Shown here: piece by piece, positions 21,241 to 30,148 of the stretch
Numbering within the stretch: the first letter of the stretch is position 1
How the letters are laid out: each line of letters opens with the position of its first letter
Source of the DNA: a virus
Lineage: Duplodnaviria > Caudoviricetes
IMG/VR virus record: IMGVR_UViG_2630968963_000002
Coordinates: 4,204-68,203 of that record
Direction: 5' to 3' (one strand)
Length of the DNA: 64,000 nt
Made by a program: the position numbers and the translations under genes
The notes under the pieces: model-generated
The model's input: only the letters and a program-made list of their open reading frames with translations
What the model was told of the DNA's origin: nothing
The model's database searches: none

Positions 21241-21576
21241 TTTTTTATATGCATTAACTCTTGGCCCTAATATTGATTAACAAACGCAAATCTTATTCAA
21301 GCTATTGAAATCAAGCCATTTATATATAATAATTGTTTGAACTTGACCTCTAGCGTTTGTTTCAATTATTTTTAGAATTCTATACTTATTACTAAAAATA
21401 GACTGTATCCTTTGATATTACTTATTTTCATATACTTTTTTTATGTATTTTCATATGCTCAATAACTATATAGATTAAACATATATTTTTTTAATGCATA
21501 TATATAGAAGAAACTTTTATTTTTTACCCTAAATACTTAGGTACTCTTTTTTTGAACATATCAAGGCTAAAAAAAA

Positions 21577-22248
21577 TTAGAAGTCTAGAAGATCATCAAA
21601 TAACGAAGCATCTTCTCTCATCTCTTCATCATACAATCCTATGTATTCTTTTGTTGTTTCTACACTCTTATGACCTAATCTTTGCCTTACTCTTTCTATG
21701 TTTCCAGTTCTATCATAAATTCTTCTAGCATAAGTTTTTCTTAAACTATGTCCTGTTATTGCATTTAAACCTAATGTTTTGGCAACTTCTCTAAGAATTC
21801 TGCTAAATGACTGACTGCTTATATGTTTACCTTTTTTAGATTCAAATGCATATTGAGATTTACGCTTACCTTTAACATATTCTGTTAAGGCTGTACTTAA
21901 TGATGAACTTATTATAGCTTTCCTTTTTTTAGGAGGTTTTCTTTTAGAGTTCGGATTCTTTTTTATATATGTAAGCCAACTTTTATATTGTTTTTTCTCT
22001 TGTATTTCGAAATATCCAAGTTCCAAAGCTTCTTTTATTTCTCCTATAGTTAGATCTACTACATCTTGCATTCTATAACCAGTGCCTATACCAATCATAT
22101 ATAGCATCATATTTCGCTTTTCAAAATCTTTACTCTTCTCTTCCAATCGATATGCAAATCGTTTGATATAATTTTCAGGAATAGGCTTGGCTGGAACTTT
22201 TTTATCTTGTTTATCTATAATTTCATCTAAATACAATTCTTCATTCAT
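21577..22248 (-). CDS. Tyrosine recombinase, catalytic domain only
   Basis: TGYR, HSLRKT, LGHKS..T..Y catalytic residues. Confidence 0.9.
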   Translation of the reverse strand: MNEELYLDEIIDKQDKKVPAKPIPENYIKRFAYRLEEKSKDFEKRNMMLYMIGIGTGYRMQDVVDLTIGEIKEALELGYFEIQEKKQYKSWLTYIKKNPNSKRKPPKKRKAIISSSLSTALTEYVKGKRKSQYAFESKKGKHISSQSFSRILREVAKTLGLNAITGHSLRKTYARRIYDRTGNIERVRQRLGHKSVETTKEYIGLYDEEMREDASLFDDLLDF

Positions 22249-22301
22249 ACCATGTCATATCACCCCAATACAAATTGATTTACTAAATTAAAAAATGCAA
22301 T

Positions 22302-22337
22302 AAAAAAGAGCATTAATTAAACTTAATGCTCTTTTTA
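22302..22337. terminator. Bidirectional intrinsic terminator
   Basis: AAAAAAGAGCATTAA..TTAATGCTCTTTTT. Confidence 0.75.
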
Positions 22338-22483
22338 TTTATAATCCAAAATAGTTTAGGAGGTATCGTTTTAAAAATGACCTTTAACATATCTATATAT
22401 TAAATTTTCAAGGTTCTAAGAATGTATACTCATATACAGAGTATTTTTCACATCCTGTCACAATATCATATTAACATGTTTTT

Positions 22484-22546
22484 CATAACATCAGTATTAC
22501 ATCTTTATTACTCTTTCATTACATTTTTATTACACATTCATAACAT
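22484..22546 (-). promoter_or_regulatory. Late-promoter activator binding repeats, prophage 1
   Basis: Six 11-bp-phased (C/T)AT(T/A)AC units at 22484, 22495, 22506, 22517, 22528, 22539, directly downstream of the late activator and upstream of a minus-strand TATGAT. Confidence 0.7.
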
Positions 22547-23023
22547 TTAAGTTATATCAATGTTTCCATACTTATAATTAACCATCTTTTTTATTGCTGA
22601 ATCATGCCATCTTTTCACAGTTACATTTGAATAATGCATATCTTCTCCTATTTTTTCATAAGATACTCTTTTATTTTCATAATCTAAATATCTTCTGTTT
22701 ATAACTTCATGCTCATTATCATCTAATACTTCTAAATATGCTTTATATTCATTTAATTTATAAATAGTATAATCAATATTACTTTCTAGTGTATTAGCTC
22801 TTGTTTCATCTCTTGCAAGTATATCCTCTATAGTTATAGTTGCATTGCTTTTAGATCCTAGACTAAATCCACCACTTTTATATGCACTCATTTTATTTTC
22901 AATAACATACAATTCCATTTTCCATGCAGCCATTGATTTCAAGTTTTTTCTTAACTTTATAAGATCTTTTCGAACTTTATCAAAGCGTATTTTACCTATA
23001 TTTTCTTTATTATCTTGCTTCAT
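22547..23023 (-). CDS. Late transcription activator (ArpU/RinA-like, C-terminal HTH)
   Basis: Last early gene; VINRRYL..SYEKIGEDMHYS..TVKRWH..AIKK. Confidence 0.8.
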   Translation of the reverse strand: MKQDNKENIGKIRFDKVRKDLIKLRKNLKSMAAWKMELYVIENKMSAYKSGGFSLGSKSNATITIEDILARDETRANTLESNIDYTIYKLNEYKAYLEVLDDNEHEVINRRYLDYENKRVSYEKIGEDMHYSNVTVKRWHDSAIKKMVNYKYGNIDIT

Positions 23024-23038
23024 ATTTTATCACCTTTA

Positions 23039-23224
23039 TTATTTTAATTCTATTTTTAACTCTGCTCTGCTCGGAATGCAATCATATCCTGTGCATATAT
23101 TTATTAAGTCACATTCATTACACATTTTCATTTTTGAACATGTCTCTTTCATTATTTTTGTAATGTTAAAATATTCATAGCTAACTTCTTTGCCATTAAC
23201 AATAAATTTGAACATATTATTCAC
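23039..23224 (-). CDS. Small Cys-rich hypothetical protein
   Basis: GAGGTGA SD; five Cys in C-terminal half. Confidence 0.6.
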   Translation of the reverse strand: MNNMFKFIVNGKEVSYEYFNITKIMKETCSKMKMCNECDLINICTGYDCIPSRAELKIELK

Positions 23225-23302
23225 CTCTTCTTAAATGAAAATCATTTGATAATTCAGTTATAAAACTATATAATAACTTAACCCTATATTTGCTTGTTTT
23301 AC

Positions 23303-23476
23303 CTACAAATTATTTATATACTTAACTTCTCTTTTGTTCATATCATTTAGATACTCTTCAAGTTTTTTCTTACTCAATTTCATTTTTTTAACTGGATACT
23401 CTCTTCTTGAAGTTCCATCGAGCTCCGTTTTAGTTTCATATATACTTTTTGCTTTAGCATATTTTTTTCTTGCCAT
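23303..23476 (-). CDS. Small basic hypothetical protein
   Basis: Start MARKKY chosen by AGGGGG SD. Confidence 0.65.
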   Translation of the reverse strand: MARKKYAKAKSIYETKTELDGTSRREYPVKKMKLSKKKLEEYLNDMNKREVKYINNL

Positions 23477-23518
23477 AATTCTTTCCCCCCCTATTAAATA
23501 AAAATTATATTTCATCAT

Positions 23519-23902
23519 CTAAAATGGTATCTCATCATCATCTATAGCTTGAAACTCTTGTGGTACTTCAGTTTGTGGTTTATTCTTATTACTATCTAAT
23601 GCTTGTACACTTTTAGCACTTACTTTTGTAAAAGTTCTATTTTCATCATCTTTTATATATCTATCAATCCTAATAGATCCCTTAATAGCTACCAATCTAC
23701 CTTTAGTTATATAATTCATAACAAAATCTGCAACTTTTCCCATAACCTCAACTGGTATAAAATCAGCCTGTACATTTCCTTCTTTATCCTTATAATCTCT
23801 ATTTACAGCTAGTGTAAATGTCGCTACAGGTGTTCCTGTATTAGGTAAATATCTTAATTCAGGGTCTCTTGTCAATCTTCCTATAAGTATAATTTCATTC
23901 AT
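23519..23902 (-). CDS. ssb: Single-stranded DNA-binding protein
   Basis: IGRLTRDPELRY...DDDEIPF. Confidence 0.95.
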   Translation of the reverse strand: MNEIILIGRLTRDPELRYLPNTGTPVATFTLAVNRDYKDKEGNVQADFIPVEVMGKVADFVMNYITKGRLVAIKGSIRIDRYIKDDENRTFTKVSAKSVQALDSNKNKPQTEVPQEFQAIDDDEIPF

Positions 23903-23903
23903 A

Positions 23904-24026
23904 TTATTTCCTTCTTTTCTGCTCCTCTACTATGTATTTATCAAGCTCTTGACTTAACTCTAGAGCTTTCTTTGTTAAGCCATTTCTTATGTATTCTTCT
24001 TCTAATAATTCCTTTAATCTATCCAA
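23904..24026 (-). CDS. Spo0E-like aspartyl-phosphate phosphatase (40 aa; not in ORF track)
   Basis: GGGAGGT SD plus TTG; MDRLKELLEEEYIRNGLTKKALELSQELDKYIVEEQKRRK contains the SQELD signature. Confidence 0.8.
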   Translation of the reverse strand: MDRLKELLEEEYIRNGLTKKALELSQELDKYIVEEQKRRK

Positions 24027-24186
24027 GGTCTATACCTCCCTTGAATAATTTTTCAGCTGCTAAGTGAAAAGCTTCTTGCTCTGTTATCTCTATACCGTCT
24101 TTCTTTATCTCAATGAACAACAATTTTATTAAACTAGCTTTTTCTAAAATTGTTAAACTGTCTATTATATCTTTGTTGCTTATCAT
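24019..24186 (-). CDS. Small hypothetical protein (55 aa; not in ORF track)
   Basis: MISNKDIIDSLTILEK...GGIDLG fills the gap between helicase and Spo0E-like gene with overlapping ends. Confidence 0.5.
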   Translation of the reverse strand: MISNKDIIDSLTILEKASLIKLLFIEIKKDGIEITEQEAFHLAAEKLFKGGIDLG

Positions 24187-25492
24187 ATTTTTCTTTTAAA
24201 CCTCCGCCCATTACTTCTTGAAAATATAATCTGTCTCCTGCGAACCAATGTTGCTTTATTCCTTTAGAACCATCTCTATTTTTTGCTACTATTAAATCTA
24301 CAAGTATACAACTTCTCTCTTTAGCAGCTTTTACAGATTCAACATTCAGTCCATTCTCTTCACAAGCATCTTCTAAATCTGCGCCCACTGGTTCATGTAT
24401 GTAAATTACATTATTACTATCATGATAAATTGCTTTAGAATCTCTCATTGGTCTTTCTCCCCAAGGCCTTGAGTCTTTCATTTCATCATTTAACTGAGAT
24501 AGTTGAATAATTGGTATTTTAAAATCTAACGTCATATTCTTAATTTCTCTACTAAGTGTTGCAACTTCCCTCTCCCTGCTACCTTCATTTTTTTCTACTG
24601 TCAAAAGTTGCAAATAATCTATTATCACAACATCAGGCTTAACTTGTCTTATTCTTGTTTTAATCTTGCTAATTCTGTCTACATTATCATTTATAAATAA
24701 ATTATTATTATCAGTTAATACTCCTATAGCTTTGATAATCTGTTCTAGTTGTTCCTCAGTAAAAACTTTATTTTTTATAGTTTTAGAATCTATTCCAGTA
24801 AGAGAGACTATGTTTCTTACAAACATCTGGACATCCGACATTTCTCTTGATATAAGTAAAACTTTTTTATTTTGTTTTAAACAACTTCTAAGTATTTGAA
24901 GTGCTAAAGCAGTTTTTCCAACTCCTGATTTAGCAGCTATAGTTGTAAGTTCTCCCTTATATAGTCCACCTATCATTTCATCCAGGAACTTTACACCAAA
25001 ACTAATCTTTTCATCTGTTTTATTTTCTATATAATCTAAGAATTTTGTTGCAATATTCATCACATCATCTTCAACAGTTGAATTATTATTAACTATCTTC
25101 TTAGCATTAACTTCAAAATTATATATAAGTTGCTCTAGATCATCATCTTTTCTAATTGCCTCTATAAGCTTGTAAGATTGATTTACAATTTTTCTTTTTC
25201 TTGCTTTGCCCCTTAGTATGGAAATATGATTTTCTATACTGTACGGGCTAGATAATACTGTTAAATTAGAAATATAACTCATTGAAATATCATTGTCTTT
25301 TATTTTTTCACTTAAAGTAACTAAATCTAGCATTTTATTATTGCATAAATTCTTGATTTCTTTAAAAATTATTTTGTGACCTTCAACAGAAAAATCACTT
25401 TCATTTAATAAATCTAAGTGTTGAAGAGTATTGTTGTCTACTAGGAAAGAACCGAGTACACTTTTCTCTATCTCTATTGCATCTAAACTCAT
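24134..25492 (-). CDS. DnaB-family replicative helicase
   Basis: AAKSGVGKT, VIIDYLQLL, LSQLN, AKNRDG. Confidence 0.95.
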   Translation of the reverse strand: MSLDAIEIEKSVLGSFLVDNNTLQHLDLLNESDFSVEGHKIIFKEIKNLCNNKMLDLVTLSEKIKDNDISMSYISNLTVLSSPYSIENHISILRGKARKRKIVNQSYKLIEAIRKDDDLEQLIYNFEVNAKKIVNNNSTVEDDVMNIATKFLDYIENKTDEKISFGVKFLDEMIGGLYKGELTTIAAKSGVGKTALALQILRSCLKQNKKVLLISREMSDVQMFVRNIVSLTGIDSKTIKNKVFTEEQLEQIIKAIGVLTDNNNLFINDNVDRISKIKTRIRQVKPDVVIIDYLQLLTVEKNEGSREREVATLSREIKNMTLDFKIPIIQLSQLNDEMKDSRPWGERPMRDSKAIYHDSNNVIYIHEPVGADLEDACEENGLNVESVKAAKERSCILVDLIVAKNRDGSKGIKQHWFAGDRLYFQEVMGGGLKEKYDKQQRYNRQFNNFRKS

Positions 25493-25510
25493 TTAAATCC
25501 CCCTAAATAC

Positions 25511-26254
25511 TTATATTGTTTCAAAATTTATATTTGGATAAAAATCTATCTCCTCTTTAGTTGTTTTTTCTTGTTTAAATTTAACTCTTTGATTTAAATA
25601 ATTTTCAAACTTAGTTCCGAATAAAGTTTCTGGTCTAAGATATTTTTCATATTCAGTTCCTTGCCACTCTGAAACCTTATTTTCTATTACCTTATAAAAG
25701 TCTTCTAATGTGAATCCATCTTCTACTCTTGCTCTAATTAGTGATTGAGTTTTCTTAGTAGTTGATTTATAAGATGTATTAGCTAAATTGTTTAATTTTT
25801 CTATAACAAGACTATATATATTATTATTTAGTTTAAGTTTATTATTTAATAGTTTCGGATTTTCCGGAATAGGATTTTTTCCGATTTCGGTTTTATCCGA
25901 TTTCGGATTTTCCGTAACCCGGTTAATTTCTCTACTTTCATTTACTTCTATAGGCATTTCATAGACCTCATAATCATAACCACCTTTAAACTTACCTGTT
26001 TTTTCATCTTTTGAAGGAGTTCTTTTTATATATCCTAGGGCAATAAGTTCATTAACTGCTGTTGTGGTTGAATCTCTACCGTCTTTACTTCTATTCTTTA
26101 AATCTTCTATATAAATTTGCCAATCATCTGGAAGGCTTAACAAATAAGAATGTAAACCTTTAGCCTTCCATGATAATTTTTCATCACATAAGCATGTTTT
26201 ATTTAGCATCACATAAGGATTACTTTTGTCTTTTATTACTCTTACGATTGCCAT
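25511..26254 (-). CDS. Replication initiator (N-terminal HTH, conserved phage C-terminal domain)
   Basis: LSWKAKGL..YLLSLPDDW; KYLRPETLFGTKFENYLNQ. Confidence 0.88.
   Translation of the reverse strand: MAIVRVIKDKSNPYVMLNKTCLCDEKLSWKAKGLHSYLLSLPDDWQIYIEDLKNRSKDGRDSTTTAVNELIALGYIKRTPSKDEKTGKFKGGYDYEVYEMPIEVNESREINRVTENPKSDKTEIGKNPIPENPKLLNNKLKLNNNIYSLVIEKLNNLANTSYKSTTKKTQSLIRARVEDGFTLEDFYKVIENKVSEWQGTEYEKYLRPETLFGTKFENYLNQRVKFKQEKTTKEEIDFYPNINFETI
25853..25924. repeat. Iteron-like repeats inside initiator gene (probable origin)
   Basis: Repeated TTTCGGATTTTCCG / CCGATTTCGG units next to an AT-rich tract. Confidence 0.7.
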
Positions 26255-26302
26255 TCCTACTCTCCTTTGACTTCTACTATTTTTATCTAAAACTCAAAAT
26301 AT

Positions 26303-26596
26303 TTAGTTATTTTGAGTTATGTAAGGATTTTTATTTTGATAATATTCTTCTATAGCTTGTTGCTTACTCTCTTCATAACTATTACCTAACCCCTCTAAAT
26401 CTAATATTCTTTGATATACAGGAATAGCTATATCTAATACTTCTTCTGGATACATTTTTCTAAATTGATTTACGTAAAATCCTGCAAGTATATCTCTAAT
26501 TTTATTCATATCTTTAGGATCATCTGGAAAATGTTCTGTAATCGTTACATCCATTTTTCCCATTTTCGTTTTTGTAACTTTTTTCATTTCCCCCAC
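26303..26596 (-). CDS. Hypothetical early protein
   Basis: 97 aa ORF in early operon. Confidence 0.7.
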   Translation of the reverse strand: MGEMKKVTKTKMGKMDVTITEHFPDDPKDMNKIRDILAGFYVNQFRKMYPEEVLDIAIPVYQRILDLEGLGNSYEESKQQAIEEYYQNKNPYITQNN

Positions 26597-26795
26597 CTCA
26601 TTATATTTTTTATGAAGTTAAAATACAGACTCATTAACTTGTCACTTCTACTGTCTATTAATTAACTTTAAAAATTCAAGTATAGTCATATTAGGAAATA
26701 AGCTACTTATAAATTTCAATTGTTCAGCTGTCATCTTTATACTCATTTATCTATCCCCCTATATTATTTTATGATTTAAAAATTTTGTCCTATTA

Positions 26796-27005
26796 CTACT
26801 CTTCTTTTAATAATTCTTCTATGCTTGTCCCAAAGTATTTAGCAAGTTTATATACTATTGAAACTGTTGGATTAACTTGTTTTCCGTTAAAAATATTATT
26901 TATATATGTTTCTAATATTCCAGTTGCTTTTGAAACTCTGTATCTAGAAACTTTTCTTTCTTCAGATAATTGTATTAATTTATTTTTATTTATCATTTTT
27001 TCCAT
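26796..27005 (-). CDS. XRE-family HTH regulator
   Basis: SRYRVSKATGI..YINNIFNGKQVNPT..KLAKYFG. Confidence 0.85.
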   Translation of the reverse strand: MEKMINKNKLIQLSEERKVSRYRVSKATGILETYINNIFNGKQVNPTVSIVYKLAKYFGTSIEELLKEE

Positions 27006-27068
27006 CCTCTTTATTTGCTCCTTAATGAAGTTGTATAATATGTTTATTATTACGAAAGGAGATCATTT

Positions 27069-27425
27069 ATGGAAACTAAAAAACTAATAGAAATTTTAGT
27101 TAAATACCTAAAAAAAGCTTTATATTCTTCTAGGGAATTCCACACGTTAATATTTGATGATAATGAAAATACATATAAAGTAAATTCTGCTATAGCACAT
27201 TTAAATCAAGCACATACTTATATCCATATAGCAAATTCTTTATATATTCAGCATTCTGAACCTGGCGAGTGTTCAGAATTTGAAACAGCAATACATCAAT
27301 TTGATGTTTTTAATAAAGAGTTCTTATCATCTTATTCTACAAATCACAGCCTTCAATGGACTGATATTGAATTCCGTAAGTTTGAAGAAGATTGTAATAA
27401 CTTTTTAGAAATCTTTAAATTTTAA
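27069..27425 (+). CDS. Counter-oriented moron, unknown function
   Basis: AAAGGAG SD, upstream TATAAT, terminator AACAACTAA..TTAGTTGTT at 27434-27462. Confidence 0.8.
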   Translation: METKKLIEILVKYLKKALYSSREFHTLIFDDNENTYKVNSAIAHLNQAHTYIHIANSLYIQHSEPGECSEFETAIHQFDVFNKEFLSSYSTNHSLQWTDIEFRKFEEDCNNFLEIFKF

Positions 27426-27668
27426 TCATATTAACAACTAATCTTTTATAGGTTAGTTGTTTTCTTTTAGAATCAACTCTTTTTTTATTCCTTTTATAGC
27501 TATCTCTAAAGACTTTTCTGCTACTGCATAACAAGTATTGTTTCTAGTTTTATATAGGCTAATATACTTTCACCTATTCTCTGAGCTTCTTTATGCTCTT
27601 TCTCACTTAATATACATTCTACTAATATTTTATTTTCTTCCACTCTATATCCTCCTAATCCTTACTCT

Positions 27669-28499
27669 CTATATACAAATCTGTTCTTCCATTTCTTCAA
27701 GTAATCTTTTTATTATGTAATCTTGACCTTTTCCAGTAACCCTAGTGGTTCTATGAGTAAATGTACCTCTTGAACCTCTCGATATACTTTCACTTACTTC
27801 AAATAAACCTCTTTCTACTGCTCTTTGACTTGGCTCTGTTTTTCCTTTTAATATAAGTCCCCAGGCTCTTAACTTATCCCATAATCTTCTTTCACCTATT
27901 ATGAAATTTTCCTTAGATATAACTTTGGCTAATTCTCTTACTAAAATAGTATTTTTTGATTGAGCTATTTGGTTTAAATATCTATCCTTTGACTCTACTT
28001 CATAAGACAAATACTGTACTTGCTTTTCTTTTTGAGCAAGTAGTGCATCTTTTTCCTCAATAGTCCTTTGTGAAATCATCAATGCTTTTGCCATTATTGT
28101 TTTTTCATCATCTTCTTGACTTATCGGTATATATCCACCAGTTCTTCTTATTTGCGGTAAAACTTCACTTGTAACCCAACGTTTGAATTTTTTCGCATTT
28201 GGTAGTTTACTTGATAGTATCAAGCTATAAAGTCCACTTTCATTTATAACTGTCATATCTTGCTTACCTTTAAGGGTGTCACATTTCGTTACCCCCTTAT
28301 CTTCACTATCTATATGATCTATTAATGCTTTTCTAGTATTTGAGTAACCTAATACTGTGGCTACATCTTTTCCTACAAACCAAGGTTCGTTGTCAATGTT
28401 TAATGTTCTTATTTCTCCAAACTCTTGATTATTAAATACTGATAATGTATTTTGATTATTTTCTATTGTTTTGTAACTTTCATATAAACTACTTTGCAT
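27669..28499 (-). CDS. Antirepressor (BRO-N plus KilAC)
   Basis: EPWFVGKDVA..INESGLYSLILSS..FKRWVTSEVLP; TRVTGKGQ. Confidence 0.93.
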   Translation of the reverse strand: MQSSLYESYKTIENNQNTLSVFNNQEFGEIRTLNIDNEPWFVGKDVATVLGYSNTRKALIDHIDSEDKGVTKCDTLKGKQDMTVINESGLYSLILSSKLPNAKKFKRWVTSEVLPQIRRTGGYIPISQEDDEKTIMAKALMISQRTIEEKDALLAQKEKQVQYLSYEVESKDRYLNQIAQSKNTILVRELAKVISKENFIIGERRLWDKLRAWGLILKGKTEPSQRAVERGLFEVSESISRGSRGTFTHRTTRVTGKGQDYIIKRLLEEMEEQICI

Positions 28500-28534
28500 T
28501 TCTATCCCTCCTCATCAAAGAACATTTTGTTCTT

Positions 28535-28729
28535 TTAATTTCCAAAAAAAATTTCATCTAAAGTTGCATCTAATATTACAGCTATTTTTTTGGCTAAAAA
28601 TATGCCAGGGTTTCTTTTTCCTCTTTCTATCATTGATATATAATCTTTTGTAACCCCAGTCTTTTCAGCTAATTCTAATTGCGTTATATTCTTCTTAGTT
28701 CTATATAACTTTAGGTTGCTCTTGAACAT
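28535..28729 (-). CDS. Cro-like HTH repressor
   Basis: TQLELAEKTGVTKDYISMIERG; divergent from CI. Confidence 0.9.
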   Translation of the reverse strand: MFKSNLKLYRTKKNITQLELAEKTGVTKDYISMIERGKRNPGIFLAKKIAVILDATLDEIFFGN

Positions 28730-28745
28730 CTGTCGCCTCCTTTTT

Positions 28746-28898
28746 AGAACTATTTGTTCTGTTTATATTTATAATAATATAGAACCATTTGTTCTTTGTC
28801 AACACTTTTTAGGAACTTTTTATTCTTTTTTATTTTATTAGTTTCTCTTTATCGAACAATATGTTATATTTAACTTGTAAAAAAGAACAATTTGTGTA
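28746..28898. promoter_or_regulatory. Lysis/lysogeny operators AGAAC-N5-GTTCT
   Basis: Perfect copies at 28746 and 28781 (and 28519); degenerate copies at 28812, 28853, 28884. Confidence 0.8.
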
Positions 28899-28917
28899 CT
28901 TTATGAGGAGGTAAAAT

Positions 28918-29319
28918 ATGTTTGGAGATAGATTAAAATTATTAAGAAAAAATGGTAACTATACACAAAAAGAACTTGGAGAAAAATTAAATGTATCTGG
29001 TAGGGTTATTGGATACTATGAGTCAAATGAGAGATTTCCAGATAAAGAAACTCTTACAAGACTAGCTGATTTTTTTGAGGTATCTGTCGATTATCTTCTT
29101 GGTAGAACTGATATAAGAAACAATATTAAAGATAATAAAATTGATATAAATAAAAATGAAAAAGATAATGACATAGAAAAGATTATAGATGAACTAATGG
29201 AACAAAAAGGTCTTATGTTATGTGGTGAGCCTATGAGTGAAGAAGATATGTTTTTACTTAGAAACTCTATAAGAAGTACAATTGAACTGGCTAAGACAAT
29301 GAAGAGTAATAAGAAGTAA
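28918..29319 (+). CDS. CI/ImmR-like repressor
   Basis: N-terminal XRE HTH; VSVDYLLGRT. Confidence 0.92.
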   Translation: MFGDRLKLLRKNGNYTQKELGEKLNVSGRVIGYYESNERFPDKETLTRLADFFEVSVDYLLGRTDIRNNIKDNKIDINKNEKDNDIEKIIDELMEQKGLMLCGEPMSEEDMFLLRNSIRSTIELAKTMKSNKK

Positions 29320-29323
29320 ATAG

Positions 29324-29779
29324 GTGATTATTGTGGGAAGAATTAAGGGAATAGTTATTAACTTAATAAAAAAATATAACACATCAAATGTATATGAACT
29401 CTGCGACCATTTAAATATAACTATAAAAAGAGATAAATTAGGAAGTATAAAAGGGTACTTTTTAAATGTTTATAATGATATGTTTATTATTTTAAATGAA
29501 AATATTAAAGAATGGGAAGAGCCTATAGTCATTGCACATGAACTTGGGCATATTCTACTACATAAGCATTCTAATATCTGTTTCTTAAAAAATTATACAT
29601 TTTGTATTACAGATAAATATGAGAATGAAGCAAATGAATTTGCTGCTCATCTATTAATAGACGATAAAGATCTAGATACTTTTTCTTCTGGCTATGAATA
29701 CGTAACTATAGAACAATTAAGCAAACACTTTTGTGTTCCTCAAGAATTTATTATGTATAAGATGAGAGAGTTGTTTTAG
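29324..29779 (+). CDS. ImmA/IrrE-family metallopeptidase
   Basis: AHELGH...ENEANEFAA. Confidence 0.92.
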   Translation: MIIVGRIKGIVINLIKKYNTSNVYELCDHLNITIKRDKLGSIKGYFLNVYNDMFIILNENIKEWEEPIVIAHELGHILLHKHSNICFLKNYTFCITDKYENEANEFAAHLLIDDKDLDTFSSGYEYVTIEQLSKHFCVPQEFIMYKMRELF

Positions 29780-29814
29780 TAAATACTTAATTACTTATAC
29801 ATCAAACAATAAAA

Positions 29815-29960
29815 TTAAAAAGAGAAGGATAAATCCCTCTCTTTAATATCTGTTAATTAGACTTGGTAGGACGGCGTATCCTGTCATCTCTGGTTACTAT
29901 CTATAAAATAGCTCGTTGGTTGCGATTTCCAACTTCAAATCTAATCACTAGATTTTATAT
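29815..29960 (-). ncRNA. Candidate ~145 nt structured ncRNA
   Basis: Minus-strand extended -10 TGATATAAT near 29968-29975, GC-enriched hairpins, terminator at 29819-29844, no ORF. Confidence 0.5.
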
Positions 29961-30148
29961 ATTTAAATTATATCACATACATATTATAAAAAAAGAATCA
30001 AACATATAAATTTTATATGTTTCAACTTGAATATGATATAATACATATGTCAAATATAATAGGATTTAAATTTAAATATATTATTGTATATTAACTAAAT
30101 AGTATTATATAATATAAATTAATTTTTATATTATATGGGGAGGTAAAA

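Noticed and set aside
23519-23555. Near-identical 3' ends of the two ssb genes (also 54671-54707)
   Set aside because: Explained by the conserved acidic SSB tail; not an att site or mobile repeat
28519-28795. GAAC..GTTC sites as LexA boxes
   Set aside because: Spacing is N5 rather than the N4 of Firmicute SOS boxes; position fits phage CI/Cro operators
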